64,000 nt of DNA from an uncultured Bacteroides sp. (GTDB taxonomy: Bacteria > Bacteroidota > Bacteroidia > Bacteroidales > GCA-2748055). Made by a program: the position numbers and the translations under genes. Positions 8,905-18,688 of the stretch are shown here, piece after piece; the first letter of the stretch is position 1; each line of letters opens with the position of its first letter. The stretch spans positions 12,346 through 76,345 of the forward strand of contig CAZOHA010000003.1 of the NCBI GenBank assembly GCA_964579515.1, given 5' to 3'. The notes under the pieces were generated by a model that was not told the DNA's origin, did no database searches, and was given only the letters and a program-made list of their open reading frames with translations.

Positions 8905-9486
8905 ATGAACATCACACCTGTAAATTCATATACGGAGCTCAACGACCACATCAAAGAAACCGGCCGCACCTTCCTGCTGATCTACAAATCCGGATCTCCC
9001 ACCAGCGATTGTGCACTGGAGCGGATCACCTCCCTGCAGGGCATGGAGAATGCCGGTTTGCTGACCGTGGATGTGAACGAGGTGAAGGACATCCATCCGC
9101 GGATCGGTGTGGATACGGCTCCGAGCCTGATACTATTCAGTGGCGGAAAGATGGTGAACATCCTGAAAGGGTGTCAGACCGGCGCAGTTTACGAGTCGGC
9201 CCTTTCAGGCAAAAAGATCGGAACTGTTCAGCCGGGAGAAAAAAAGAAAGCCAAGTCAGTGACCATCTACACCACCCCCACCTGCAGCTGGTGCACTACC
9301 CTGAAAACCTATCTGAAAGAGGTCCGGGTTCCTTTCAGGGAAGTCAACGTGGCGGCTGATACGGCAGCTGCCGAAGCGATGGTGAAAAAGAGCGGGCAAC
9401 AGGGGGTTCCGCAAACAGAAATAAACGGACAGATGATTGTGGGCTTCGATAAAGCCCGGATCAATCAACTGCTGGAGATACATTGA
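8905..9486 (+). CDS. thioredoxin-fold domain fused to glutaredoxin-like (YruB-type) domain
   Basis: The C-terminal half VTIYTTPTCSWCTTLKTYL...GVPQTEINGQMIVGFD has the CxxC and GVP/cis-Pro features of small glutaredoxin-like proteins. The N-terminal ~100 aa look thioredoxin-like with a single Cys (SPTSDC). Confidence 0.7.
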   Translation: MNITPVNSYTELNDHIKETGRTFLLIYKSGSPTSDCALERITSLQGMENAGLLTVDVNEVKDIHPRIGVDTAPSLILFSGGKMVNILKGCQTGAVYESALSGKKIGTVQPGEKKKAKSVTIYTTPTCSWCTTLKTYLKEVRVPFREVNVAADTAAAEAMVKKSGQQGVPQTEINGQMIVGFDKARINQLLEIH

Positions 9487-9522
9487 GTTTCACTCAATTG
9501 GTAAACCTAAAATTCAATTAAA

Positions 9523-9804
9523 ATGAAAGAGTTACAGCCAATCAATCAACATGTGCTTCTGGAGGTGGAACCCTCGGAAGAGAAAACTGCTTCGGGAATC
9601 ATCATTCCCGATACCGCCAAATCGAAACCCCAGTTTGCCAAAGTGTTGGCAATCAGTGGGATCGAAGATCCCGAGATCTCTGTGGGAGATACGGTCTTCT
9701 ACAAGAACTTCACCGGAACCGAACTGGAATTCAATGGCAAGGAGTATCTGATGATGCCCTATGCAGACATCCTCGGAAGGATCGTTGAAACGGATAAGAT
9801 TTGA
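9523..9804 (+). CDS. groES: Cpn10/GroES-family co-chaperonin, not followed by groEL
   Basis: 93 aa. LQPINQHVLLEV...EKTASGIIIPDTAKSKPQFAKVLAISG...VGDTVFYKNFTGTELEFNGKEYLMM..DILG aligns by eye with the GroES mobile loop and beta-barrel. Confidence 0.8.
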   Translation: MKELQPINQHVLLEVEPSEEKTASGIIIPDTAKSKPQFAKVLAISGIEDPEISVGDTVFYKNFTGTELEFNGKEYLMMPYADILGRIVETDKI

Positions 9805-9864
9805 GATCCTGCCTGACCGGCTGTAGACTGTTTCCCCATTATCAAAATCTTTAGGTTCTGCCCT

Positions 9865-9903
9865 GAAGGGCTGCTACTCGACATAGCAGCCCTTCTTTTT
9901 TTT
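9865..9903 (+). terminator. rho-independent terminator
   Basis: GAAGGGCTGCTA (9865-9876) / TAGCAGCCCTTC (9884-9895) followed by T8. Confidence 0.85.
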
Positions 9904-9929
9904 GCTTAATTTCGCAGTTTTAACCGATC

Positions 9930-12077
9930 ATGGATCATCTGCCTTCCAGGATCAGAATGCACGGACCAATGAGAAAACTTTCACCGATATGGGTTGTTCT
10001 AACTATCCTGGCAACAGCCTGCCAGAGTGAACGAGCGACTGAAATGAAGAATCCTTTACTGATTGAATATCAGACTCCTCACGGAGTTCCGCCTTTCGAC
10101 AGGATCGAGAACAGGCACTTTGTGCCGGCCTTCGAGGAGGGCATCCGCCGACAGGAGGCGGAGATCGCCCTAATCGTGGACAACCAAGAAGCTTCCACTT
10201 TCGAAAATACCATCGCAGCCTACGACCTCAGTGGAAAGCTGCTGCGGAAAGCGGGCGGTGTGTTTTACCGGCTGCTTTCAGCGGAGACCAGCGATGAACT
10301 CGATTCCATTGCCAGAGTGCTGGTCCCTGTGACTTCGGCCCACCGGAGCAACATCCTCCTCAACGAAGAGCTGTTCGACAGGGTAAAATCGGTCTATGAC
10401 AACCAGGCTTCCATGGACCTGAATATGGAACAGACCAGGGTGCTGGATAAGATCTACAAGTCATTCGTCAGAGGAGGAGCCAACCTGGATGAGACGGGGA
10501 AAGCGCGGATCAGGGAGATCGATGAAAAGCTCTCCCTGCTGACCCTCGAATTCGGCAACCATGTGCTTGCCGAAACCAACGAATATGAGATGATCCTGGA
10601 AGAGGAGGAGCAACTGGCGGGGCTGCCCATTTCGGTCAGGCTTGCTGCTGCAGACGCAGCTTCCAGGGCAGGGCATCCGGGTAAGTGGCTCTTTACCCTC
10701 CATAAACCCAGCTGGATCCCATTCCTGCAGTATTCCGACAACCGGGGCCTGAGGGAAAAGCTCTACAGGGCCATGTACATGCGCGGAAACAACAGCAATG
10801 AATTCGACAACAAGAAGATTATTGAAGAGATTCTTGAGTTGAGGATCGAACGGGCCCGTCTGCTCGGCTACCGCACCCATGCCGGTTATATGCTGACCGA
10901 CCGGATGGCGGGGGAACCCGGCAATGTTTATGAATTGCTGAATAATATCTGGGATCCGGCACTGGAGAAGGCCGGGGAAGAGGCTGCCATGATGCAGGAG
11001 ATCATCGACCGTGAAGGGGGTGATTTCCGCCTGGCTTCGTGGGACTGGTGGTATTATGCGGAGAAGATCCGTCAGGAAAAATACCAGCTCGACGAGGAGG
11101 AGGTCAGGCCGTATTTCAGTCTGGAAACAGTAAAGGAAGGTGTATTCGAAGTGGTCCGCAGGCTTTACGGACTCTCCTTTGTCCCCAACCCCGATCTGCC
11201 GGTTTACCACGAAGAGGTCATGGCATATGAGGTAGAGGAGCGTGACGGATCGCATCTGGGAGTGCTCTATATGGATTTTCACCCGCGTCCGGGAAAGCGT
11301 GGAGGAGCCTGGAGCACCAGTATCCGCCAGGCCCATTCCGAAAATGGAGAATGGATCACCCCCGTACACCTGATCGTGATGAACTTCACCAGGCCCACCG
11401 GGGACAAACCGGCACTTCTCAGCTTCGATGAAACACTCACCTTTTTCCATGAATTCGGGCATGCCCTTCATTCCATGCTCACCACCTGCGATTACCTGAC
11501 CACCTCGGGCACTGCCGTGGCCAGAGATTTTGTGGAGCTGCCCTCTCAGATCATGGAGAACTGGGCGGCCCACCCGGAGGTTTTAAAGGATTATGCCAGA
11601 CATTATGAGTCGGGAGAGCCGATATCCGATGAACTGATCGGCAAGCTCGATGCAGCGGGAAAGTTCAATCAGGGCTTTGTCACCGCAGAGTATCTGGCGG
11701 CATCGTTCCTCGATATGGATTATCATACCCTGGAAGAGGCTGAGAACATCGATGTCAATGCTTTCGAGCAGGCTTCCATGGAAAAGATCGGGCTGATCGA
11801 CGCCATTATTCCCAGGTACCGCTCCACCTATTTCCAGCATATTTTCTCCGGGGGATACTCGGCAGGCTACTACAGCTATATCTGGGCGGAGGTACTCGAT
11901 AAGGATGCATTCAATGCATTCCTGGAGAACGGACTCTTCGATCCTTCAACCGCCCGCTCGTTCCGGGAGAATATCCTGGAAAAAGGAGGTTCCCGTGATG
12001 AGATGGAGATGTACAAAGCCTTCAGGGGAAAGGAACCGACCATTGAGCCGCTGCTGAAAGGCCGGGGGCTCGACTGA
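9930..12077 (+). CDS. dcp: peptidyl-dipeptidase Dcp (M3 metallopeptidase), lipoprotein
   Basis: HEFGHALH zinc motif and M3-family length. The likely start is Met at 9969, giving MRKLSPIWVVLTILATAC (lipobox). Confidence 0.9.
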   Translation: MDHLPSRIRMHGPMRKLSPIWVVLTILATACQSERATEMKNPLLIEYQTPHGVPPFDRIENRHFVPAFEEGIRRQEAEIALIVDNQEASTFENTIAAYDLSGKLLRKAGGVFYRLLSAETSDELDSIARVLVPVTSAHRSNILLNEELFDRVKSVYDNQASMDLNMEQTRVLDKIYKSFVRGGANLDETGKARIREIDEKLSLLTLEFGNHVLAETNEYEMILEEEEQLAGLPISVRLAAADAASRAGHPGKWLFTLHKPSWIPFLQYSDNRGLREKLYRAMYMRGNNSNEFDNKKIIEEILELRIERARLLGYRTHAGYMLTDRMAGEPGNVYELLNNIWDPALEKAGEEAAMMQEIIDREGGDFRLASWDWWYYAEKIRQEKYQLDEEEVRPYFSLETVKEGVFEVVRRLYGLSFVPNPDLPVYHEEVMAYEVEERDGSHLGVLYMDFHPRPGKRGGAWSTSIRQAHSENGEWITPVHLIVMNFTRPTGDKPALLSFDETLTFFHEFGHALHSMLTTCDYLTTSGTAVARDFVELPSQIMENWAAHPEVLKDYARHYESGEPISDELIGKLDAAGKFNQGFVTAEYLAASFLDMDYHTLEEAENIDVNAFEQASMEKIGLIDAIIPRYRSTYFQHIFSGGYSAGYYSYIWAEVLDKDAFNAFLENGLFDPSTARSFRENILEKGGSRDEMEMYKAFRGKEPTIEPLLKGRGLD

Positions 12078-12085
12078 TCCTGCTG

Positions 12086-13504
12086 TCAGACACCCTTGCC
12101 TTTCAGGATGGTTATCGCCGTGTAGAATAAGATCTTAAGATCGACAAACAGTGACATGTTCTCGATGTAGAGGATATCATATCTCAGCCTCTTGATCATC
12201 TCCTGCACATTTTCCGCATAGCCGTACTTCACCTGTCCCCAGGAAGTAATCCCGGGTTTCACCCGGTGCAGGTGGATATAATGCGGTGCTTCCATGGTGA
12301 TCTTTTCGATGAAATAGGCTCTTTCCGGTCTCGGTCCCACCAGCGACATATCTCCCTTAAGTACGTTGATGAAATTGGGGATTTCATCCAGGCGGTGCTT
12401 CCTCATGAACTGGCCGAAACGGGTGACCCTCGGATCGTGTTTGGAAGAGAGTTCGGGACCGTTTTCTTCGGCATTGTGGAACATGGACCTGAACTTGTAG
12501 ATCCGGAAATGCTTTCCGAACCGGCCCACTCTCTGCTGGGCGTAAAGGATGGGTCCGGGAGAGGAAAGTTTCACTCCGACCACGAGGAAAAGAATCAGCG
12601 GGGAGAGAAGTACCAGAGAGAAGATGGCGAGTATGATATCGAGCATCTGCTTGACATTCTGCTGCCATGCCGGCATCAACTCGTGTTTGACTTCAAGCAG
12701 GGGTGTTCCGAAAATGGTGGTGCTTTTTACCTTTCCGGTGAGAATGTCAGTCATGCTGGGAATGGCGCTGACCCGAATGTCGAGCAGGGAGAGCCGGTTG
12801 ACGATATCACCGATCTTCCCGTGCTCGGAAGGCTCCAGGGCAATGATCACCTCCTCCACCTGAAGGTCCCTCAGAATATCCTCCATCTGCTCATGGTCGC
12901 CCAGGTGAGTGGTATGATCCTGCAGCTGATAATGCTCCTTGCGGTGGACATTAATGAACCCGAGTATTTCATGCCCGCTCGATTTCTTCTGCTCTACAAT
13001 GTCCATGAAGACATCCACGGCATTTTCGTTGCTGCCGATCATCACAGTCTTGAATCCGATTTTACGCTGGTGGACCTTCCTGACAGTGCTGCTCGTCAGA
13101 ACCATCCTCGGGATCAGGGTAAAAGTGAAATGGAGCAGGAAAAGGGTAAAGAAGAGGCTGTAGTAATTGGTGTAGTCGACAATGGTATCGTCCAGGATCA
13201 AAATGAAAAAGATCGCAATCACTCCCAGAAGGGAAGACATGAATGTCCTCAGGAAGTCATCCAGCCTCGATCGCCTGAATACATTGTTGTAGAATCCCGT
13301 AAAGTAATAGAAGGTGATCCATACAAAGGGAAGCCCGATGGCACCTGCCCAAAATCGAAAGCCCAGAGTAATGGGGATATCGATCCCGAATACCTGGGGT
13401 TCAATCTGGACCTTCCGGAAGATGTAAAATAAAATCCAGGCAGCCGAGGCAGCCAGGAAGTCAGATAATACGTAGAGAAACCGCTGGAGCCTGTGGTTCT
13501 TCAT
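12086..13504 (-). CDS. exopolysaccharide polyprenyl-phosphate glycosyl-1-phosphate transferase (WbaP/EpsB-like sugar transferase)
   Basis: N-terminal TM helices, a central Rossmann-like region and a C-terminal bacterial sugar transferase domain (SPGPILYAQQRVGRFGKHFRIYKFRSM...DEIPNFINVLKGDMSLVGPRP). Confidence 0.85.
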   Translation of the reverse strand: MKNHRLQRFLYVLSDFLAASAAWILFYIFRKVQIEPQVFGIDIPITLGFRFWAGAIGLPFVWITFYYFTGFYNNVFRRSRLDDFLRTFMSSLLGVIAIFFILILDDTIVDYTNYYSLFFTLFLLHFTFTLIPRMVLTSSTVRKVHQRKIGFKTVMIGSNENAVDVFMDIVEQKKSSGHEILGFINVHRKEHYQLQDHTTHLGDHEQMEDILRDLQVEEVIIALEPSEHGKIGDIVNRLSLLDIRVSAIPSMTDILTGKVKSTTIFGTPLLEVKHELMPAWQQNVKQMLDIILAIFSLVLLSPLILFLVVGVKLSSPGPILYAQQRVGRFGKHFRIYKFRSMFHNAEENGPELSSKHDPRVTRFGQFMRKHRLDEIPNFINVLKGDMSLVGPRPERAYFIEKITMEAPHYIHLHRVKPGITSWGQVKYGYAENVQEMIKRLRYDILYIENMSLFVDLKILFYTAITILKGKGV

Positions 13505-13601
13505 GCAGTTAGGTCGACCTCTTCCTAATATAACTGCAAAGCCGGTAAAATAATTGCATTCAGAGATGGAATTTTCATTAAATATGTTCGAGAATATCAG
13601 T

Positions 13602-13609
13602 TATCTTTG
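13602..13609 (+). promoter_or_regulatory. candidate Bacteroidota -7 promoter box (TAnnTTTG)
   Basis: TATCTTTG lies 10 nt upstream of the pcm ATG (13619). This implies a very short leader. Confidence 0.35.
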
Positions 13610-13618
13610 TGGTATTGC

Positions 13619-14269
13619 ATGGAACAAAACGACAGTTACCAACATAAAGGGCTCAGGAAAAAGCTGGTAGAAACCCTCCGCACGAAGGGGATACAGGACG
13701 AAAGGGTGTTGGAGGCGATCGGAAAGGTTCCCAGACATCTGTTCATGGACAGCGGATTCCTGAACTTTTCCTACACCGACAAAGCATTTCCCATATCGTC
13801 CGGACAAACCATTTCTCAGCCTTACACCGTGGCCTACCAGACAGAACTGCTGGACGTTCAGCCCCATTCCAAAGTGCTGGAAGTCGGTACGGGATCGGGA
13901 TATCAAACGGCGGTACTTCTGGAACTCGGTGCCCGTGTCTACACCATTGAACGGCAGCGGCAACTCTTTCTGGAAGCCCAGAAAACCCTGGAGCCCTTAA
14001 ATTACAAGCCTCTTTACTTTTTTGGCGATGGGTATGAGGGACTCCCTGCCTATGCACCTTTCGACCGTATCCTGGTCACAGCCGCAGCCCCTGATATCCC
14101 TCAAACCCTTCTCGATCAGTTAAGTGCAGGTGGGATCCTGGTAATACCGGAAGGGGACCGTTTCGGTCAGAAAATGATCCGGGTGGTACGTAAAACGGAA
14201 GATGATTTTGAACGGAGTGAACATGGTTTTTTCTCATTTGTTCCTCTCCTGAGGGGAAAAAACCAGTAA
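13619..14269 (+). CDS. pcm: protein-L-isoaspartate O-methyltransferase
   Basis: ISQPYTVA, SAM motif LEVGTGSGYQTAVL and the expected length. The first ATG is at 13619 (the track starts at TTG 13607). Confidence 0.9.
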   Translation: MEQNDSYQHKGLRKKLVETLRTKGIQDERVLEAIGKVPRHLFMDSGFLNFSYTDKAFPISSGQTISQPYTVAYQTELLDVQPHSKVLEVGTGSGYQTAVLLELGARVYTIERQRQLFLEAQKTLEPLNYKPLYFFGDGYEGLPAYAPFDRILVTAAAPDIPQTLLDQLSAGGILVIPEGDRFGQKMIRVVRKTEDDFERSEHGFFSFVPLLRGKNQ

Positions 14270-14270
14270 T

Positions 14271-14918
14271 ATGCTCCGGATAGAGAGACTTGTATTTAAT
14301 TCTTTTCAGGTCAACACCTACGTGGTGTGGGATGAAAACGGGGAATGCCTGGTGGTGGATCCTGCATTCCAGACCCCGGAAGAATCGGACCGGTTCGACA
14401 GGCTGATCGAAGAGAAAAAATGGACCATCACCGGTCAGATCCATACTCATTGCCACGTCGATCACCTGCTGGGGGTGACGCACATGAGGAACCGCTACGG
14501 TCATCCTTTCCGGGCTCACCCCGACGAAGGCAATAACATCCGGCGGGCACCGCTGATGGGTGAGGTTTTCGGCCTGAAACTGGACCCTCTGGAAGGGATC
14601 GATCAGGAGATCCATGACGGAGACCGGATTTCAGTAGGAAATTCTTCCCTGGAAGCCATCCTGGTTCCCGGACATTCACCGGGAAGCCTGGCGTTCCATG
14701 CTGCGGAACCGGGTTTTGTGATCACCGGGGATGCTCTTTTCCAGGGCAGCATCGGGCGCACCGATCTGCCCGGCGGCGACTACGATCAATTGATCCGATC
14801 CATCCGGTCCCGTCTTTTGATCCTTCCTTCCGATACGACCGTTTACCCGGGTCACGGGCCTTCTTCCACCATCGGTGCCGAGCAACAGGACAATCCCTTC
14901 CTGACGATGGTTCCATAA
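14271..14918 (+). CDS. MBL-fold metallo-hydrolase (glyoxalase II-like)
   Basis: HTHCHVDH (HxHxDH), a later PGHSPGS, and GDALFQGSIGRTD. Confidence 0.85.
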   Translation: MLRIERLVFNSFQVNTYVVWDENGECLVVDPAFQTPEESDRFDRLIEEKKWTITGQIHTHCHVDHLLGVTHMRNRYGHPFRAHPDEGNNIRRAPLMGEVFGLKLDPLEGIDQEIHDGDRISVGNSSLEAILVPGHSPGSLAFHAAEPGFVITGDALFQGSIGRTDLPGGDYDQLIRSIRSRLLILPSDTTVYPGHGPSSTIGAEQQDNPFLTMVP

Positions 14919-14955
14919 CATGATCTGACTCAACAAAAGTCAGGTCCCGTTTGTT

Positions 14956-14963
14956 TATATTTG
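14956..14963 (+). promoter_or_regulatory. candidate -7 promoter box (TAnnTTTG) for gcvP
   Basis: TATATTTG lies 41 nt upstream of ATG 15004. Confidence 0.4.
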
Positions 14964-15003
14964 CCCTTCATGACTCAGCCTTCCATTAAATTTTAATCAC
15001 TGT

Positions 15004-17892
15004 ATGATACCAGACAGATTTAGTGAGCGTCATATAGGCCCGCGGGGAAAAGAGATTGAGGAAATGTTGGGCACCATCGGAGTCGGTTCCATGGATGAAC
15101 TGATGAAGAAGACCATCCCCGGATCCATTTTCAGGGATCAACCGCTTCAACTTCCGGAAGGGATCGACGAGCACTCCTACCACCAGCGTTTAAGGGAAAT
15201 CGCCGATCGCAACAAACTTTACAAAACCTATATCGGCCTGGGTTTCTACAACAGCATACTCCCCCCTGTTATTCAGAGGAATATCCTGGAAAATCCGGGC
15301 TGGTACACCTCCTACACACCCTACCAGGCCGAGATCTCCCAGGGAAGGCTGGAAGCATTGCTCAATTTCCAGACCATGGTCATGGAACTTACCGGTATGG
15401 AGATCGCCAATGCCTCTTTGCTCGACGAATCCACAGCGGCTGCCGAGGCAATGATCATGCTCTATAATTCACAGCCAAAAAAAGCCAGCCAGGAATTGAA
15501 GTCCAAATACTTCGTCGACGAAAAGGTGTTTCCCCAGACACGTGCGTTGCTGATCACCCGGGCCGAGCCACTGGGGATCGAACTCGTATTCGGCAACTAC
15601 CTGGATTTCAGTCCGGATCCATCCATGTTCGGGGCTTTCGTGCAGTACCCGTCTGCAGACGGCGAAATCCGGGATTATTCAGGGTTCATCCGCAATGCTC
15701 ATGATAATGACCTTTCGGTGGCAGTGGCGGCCGACCTGATGAGCCTGACCCTGCTCACCCCTCCCGGTGAAACAGGTGCCGATGTGGTGATGGGTTCTTC
15801 CCAGCGATTCGGGATCCCTCTTTTCTACGGGGGGCCTCATGCTGCATTCTTCGCCACCCGGGAAAAATTCAAGCGCCATCTTCCGGGAAGGATCATCGGC
15901 GTATCGGTCGACACGGAAGATCGGCCCGCACTCAGAATGGCTCTCCAGACCAGGGAGCAGCACATTAAAAGGGAACGTGCCACTTCCAATATCTGCACCG
16001 CCCAGGCACTTCTGGCCAGCATGGCCGGGATGTACGCCGTCTACCACGGACCGGAAGGACTGAAAAGGATTGCCTCCAATATCCACTCAGGGGCCGCATA
16101 TCTCGCCGAACAGCTGGATAAGCTGGGGTACCGGGTGGTCCACCGGGACTTTTTCGACACCTTGCTTATCGGGCTCCCCGACTCTTTGAGTTCGAAGGAT
16201 ATCAGGAAAATCGCCGAAGAGCGGCAGATCAATTTTCACTATCCCGATCCGCAGCACGTGCAGCTCTCCACCGATGAGACCACTTTCGAGGAGCAGTTGA
16301 ACCAGATCCTGGAAGTATTTTCAGTGGGGGTCAAAAAAAGCATTCATTTCCACGATCGCGTGGGGAACAGAATCGTGTTTGACCGGTCCTTCAGCCGCTC
16401 ATCCTCCTTCCTTCTGCAGGAAACCTTTCAGAGGTACCGGTCGGAGACTGAAATGATGCGGTATATCCACATGCTGGAACGCCGTGACCTGGCGCTGAAT
16501 CAATCGATGATCTCGCTCGGTTCCTGCACCATGAAACTGAATGCGGCCTCCCAGCTGATGCCTGTCACCTGGCCGGAATTCGGCGCCATTCACCCCTTTG
16601 TGCCCATCGATCAGACCGAAGGATATCATCAACTGATCCACGAGCTGGAGCAGGCCTTATCGGAGATCACGGGCTTCGAGGCCATCTCATTTCAACCCAA
16701 TTCAGGAGCGTCGGGCGAGTACACCGGATTGCGGGTGATCCAGGCTTATCATTCGGACCGGGGGGAGGGTCACCGGGATGTGGCCCTGATCCCGGTCTCT
16801 GCCCACGGAACCAATCCGGCCAGCGCTGTGATGGCCGGTCTGGAAGTACAGCTGGTGAACTGCGATGACAGGGGGAATATCGATACGGTCCATCTGAAGG
16901 AACTTGCAGAGAAGTATGGAGACCGGATCTCCTCCATCATGATTACCTATCCCTCCACTCACGGGGTATTTGAAGACAACATCAGGGAAATCGTCGATGT
17001 GGTGCATCAGCACGGAGGCCAGGTATATATGGACGGAGCCAACATGAACGCCCAGGTGGGACTGACAAGTCCTGCAGCCGTCGGCGCTGACGTATGCCAC
17101 CTGAACCTCCACAAAACTTTTGCTATTCCCCATGGTGGAGGAGGTCCCGGGGTAGGGCCCATCGGCGTGGCCAGTCACCTGGTGGAATATCTGCCCACCC
17201 ATCCGCTGGTGGAAACAGGAGGTGTGAAGGGGATCAGCAGCATTTCTGCCGCTCCTTACGGGAGCGCCGGGATCCTGCCCATCTCTCACGCCTACATCCA
17301 GTTGCTGGGTGCGGAAGGCCTTACAGAATCAACCAGAGTGGCCATAATGAATGCCAATTACGTGGCTGCTTCACTGAAGGATTATTACGACATCCTCTAC
17401 ACGGGGTCGGGTGGTTTTGTGGCCCACGAGATGATACTCGACTGCCGCAAATTCAGAAACTCAGCCCAAATAAGCGAGGCCGATATTGCCAAGAGGCTGA
17501 TGGACTATGGTTTTCACGCCCCCACCCTATCATTCCCGGTGCACGGTACCCTGATGATGGAACCGACTGAGAGCGAATCGAAAGAGGAACTGGACCGGTT
17601 TATCGAAGCCATGAAGGATATCCACAAAGAGATCATGGATATCCAGGAGGGAAATGTCAAAGCCGAAGAGAGCGTACTCCGTAACTCGCCCCATACGGCG
17701 GAGATCCTTCTGGAAGATGACTGGGACCGTTCCTATTCCAGGAAAAAGGCCGCCTTCCCGCTGCCCTGGGTGAGCCGGAACAAATTCTGGACCCCGGTCA
17801 GCCGGATCAATGATGCTTTCGGTGACCGCAACCTGGTCTGTTCCTGCGAACCGATGGAGGCCTACCGGGAAGATCTGCATGCAGTGGATTAG
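15004..17892 (+). CDS. gcvP: glycine dehydrogenase (decarboxylating), glycine cleavage P protein
   Basis: 962-aa single-chain P protein. FSERHIGP start, TPYQAEISQGRLEALLNFQ, and the PLP-Lys region HLNLHKTFAIPHGGGGPG. Confidence 0.95.
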   Translation: MIPDRFSERHIGPRGKEIEEMLGTIGVGSMDELMKKTIPGSIFRDQPLQLPEGIDEHSYHQRLREIADRNKLYKTYIGLGFYNSILPPVIQRNILENPGWYTSYTPYQAEISQGRLEALLNFQTMVMELTGMEIANASLLDESTAAAEAMIMLYNSQPKKASQELKSKYFVDEKVFPQTRALLITRAEPLGIELVFGNYLDFSPDPSMFGAFVQYPSADGEIRDYSGFIRNAHDNDLSVAVAADLMSLTLLTPPGETGADVVMGSSQRFGIPLFYGGPHAAFFATREKFKRHLPGRIIGVSVDTEDRPALRMALQTREQHIKRERATSNICTAQALLASMAGMYAVYHGPEGLKRIASNIHSGAAYLAEQLDKLGYRVVHRDFFDTLLIGLPDSLSSKDIRKIAEERQINFHYPDPQHVQLSTDETTFEEQLNQILEVFSVGVKKSIHFHDRVGNRIVFDRSFSRSSSFLLQETFQRYRSETEMMRYIHMLERRDLALNQSMISLGSCTMKLNAASQLMPVTWPEFGAIHPFVPIDQTEGYHQLIHELEQALSEITGFEAISFQPNSGASGEYTGLRVIQAYHSDRGEGHRDVALIPVSAHGTNPASAVMAGLEVQLVNCDDRGNIDTVHLKELAEKYGDRISSIMITYPSTHGVFEDNIREIVDVVHQHGGQVYMDGANMNAQVGLTSPAAVGADVCHLNLHKTFAIPHGGGGPGVGPIGVASHLVEYLPTHPLVETGGVKGISSISAAPYGSAGILPISHAYIQLLGAEGLTESTRVAIMNANYVAASLKDYYDILYTGSGGFVAHEMILDCRKFRNSAQISEADIAKRLMDYGFHAPTLSFPVHGTLMMEPTESESKEELDRFIEAMKDIHKEIMDIQEGNVKAEESVLRNSPHTAEILLEDDWDRSYSRKKAAFPLPWVSRNKFWTPVSRINDAFGDRNLVCSCEPMEAYREDLHAVD

Positions 17893-18004
17893 TTCCCGTT
17901 GATGAGATTTGAAAATGATCCGGATCCTTTTGATTTATTTCCTGAGGATTGGTAAATTACATCTCTGATCAGGGCAGAAAAACTATCCATCCACCATAAT
18001 ACCG

Positions 18005-18685
18005 ATGAACAGATTTTCATTTTTTTGGGCCGGTATGTTCATGACTGCCGTCGCCGTTATTACTCCCGAAGCTTGTGCTCAATCCGGAGATGATCTGATC
18101 ACAGCTGTCACCTACCAGGACCTTGAGAGGGTCAGGGAACTCATTAAGTCAGGTGTGGATGTGAATTACAGGGAACCAGCCTACGGGAACACTCCTCTGG
18201 TCATGGCCTGTCAGTATAACCTGGTGAAGATCGCCCAGTACCTGATGGACCATGGAGCCGACATTGACCTGAAGACCAAAACAGGACATACCCCCCTGAT
18301 GGCCGCTGCCTCCGGTTCCGAAGAGATGTTCCATCTCCTTCTCTCCAAAGGAGCTGATCCGTTGCAGAAGCTGGAGAACGGAACTTCTGCATTCACCCTG
18401 TTGTTGACGGGTATCCTTCGAGACAGGATCTCCCTGGAAGCAGCTGACAGGCTGATCGAAGCCGGTGCCAATGTGGATGAGTCGGCCGGTTCAGGAGCCA
18501 TGGAAGGTTATACATGCCTGATGATGGCCGCCCGCAACGGGCGCCCCGACATAGTCCGGTACCTTTTAGAACACGGGGCCGATGTGAATGCCACCGCCGC
18601 CGACGGGAATACACCCCTCAGCCTGGCCATGAAGGAAGAAGACCAGGAAATGCAGGCTCTCCTGAAGGAGCTCGGAGCAAGGTAG
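18005..18685 (+). CDS. secreted ankyrin-repeat protein
   Basis: Signal peptide, then about 5 repeats of the G-x-TPLM-x-A...G....V..LL..GAD pattern. Confidence 0.8.
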   Translation: MNRFSFFWAGMFMTAVAVITPEACAQSGDDLITAVTYQDLERVRELIKSGVDVNYREPAYGNTPLVMACQYNLVKIAQYLMDHGADIDLKTKTGHTPLMAAASGSEEMFHLLLSKGADPLQKLENGTSAFTLLLTGILRDRISLEAADRLIEAGANVDESAGSGAMEGYTCLMMAARNGRPDIVRYLLEHGADVNATAADGNTPLSLAMKEEDQEMQALLKELGAR

Positions 18686-18688
18686 ACC

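Noticed and set aside
10461-11573. 370-aa - strand ORF inside dcp
   Set aside because: dcp carries the HEFGH zinc site and is of full M3 length. The antisense ORF has no motifs.
12266-13432. 388-aa + strand ORF
   Set aside because: It is antisense to the sugar-transferase gene, which has unmistakable family motifs. The + ORF shows no such features.
14919-15003. Possible glycine riboswitch upstream of gcvP
   Set aside because: The leader is only about 85 nt and shows none of the tandem aptamer helices. It appears to hold only a promoter-like TATATTTG.
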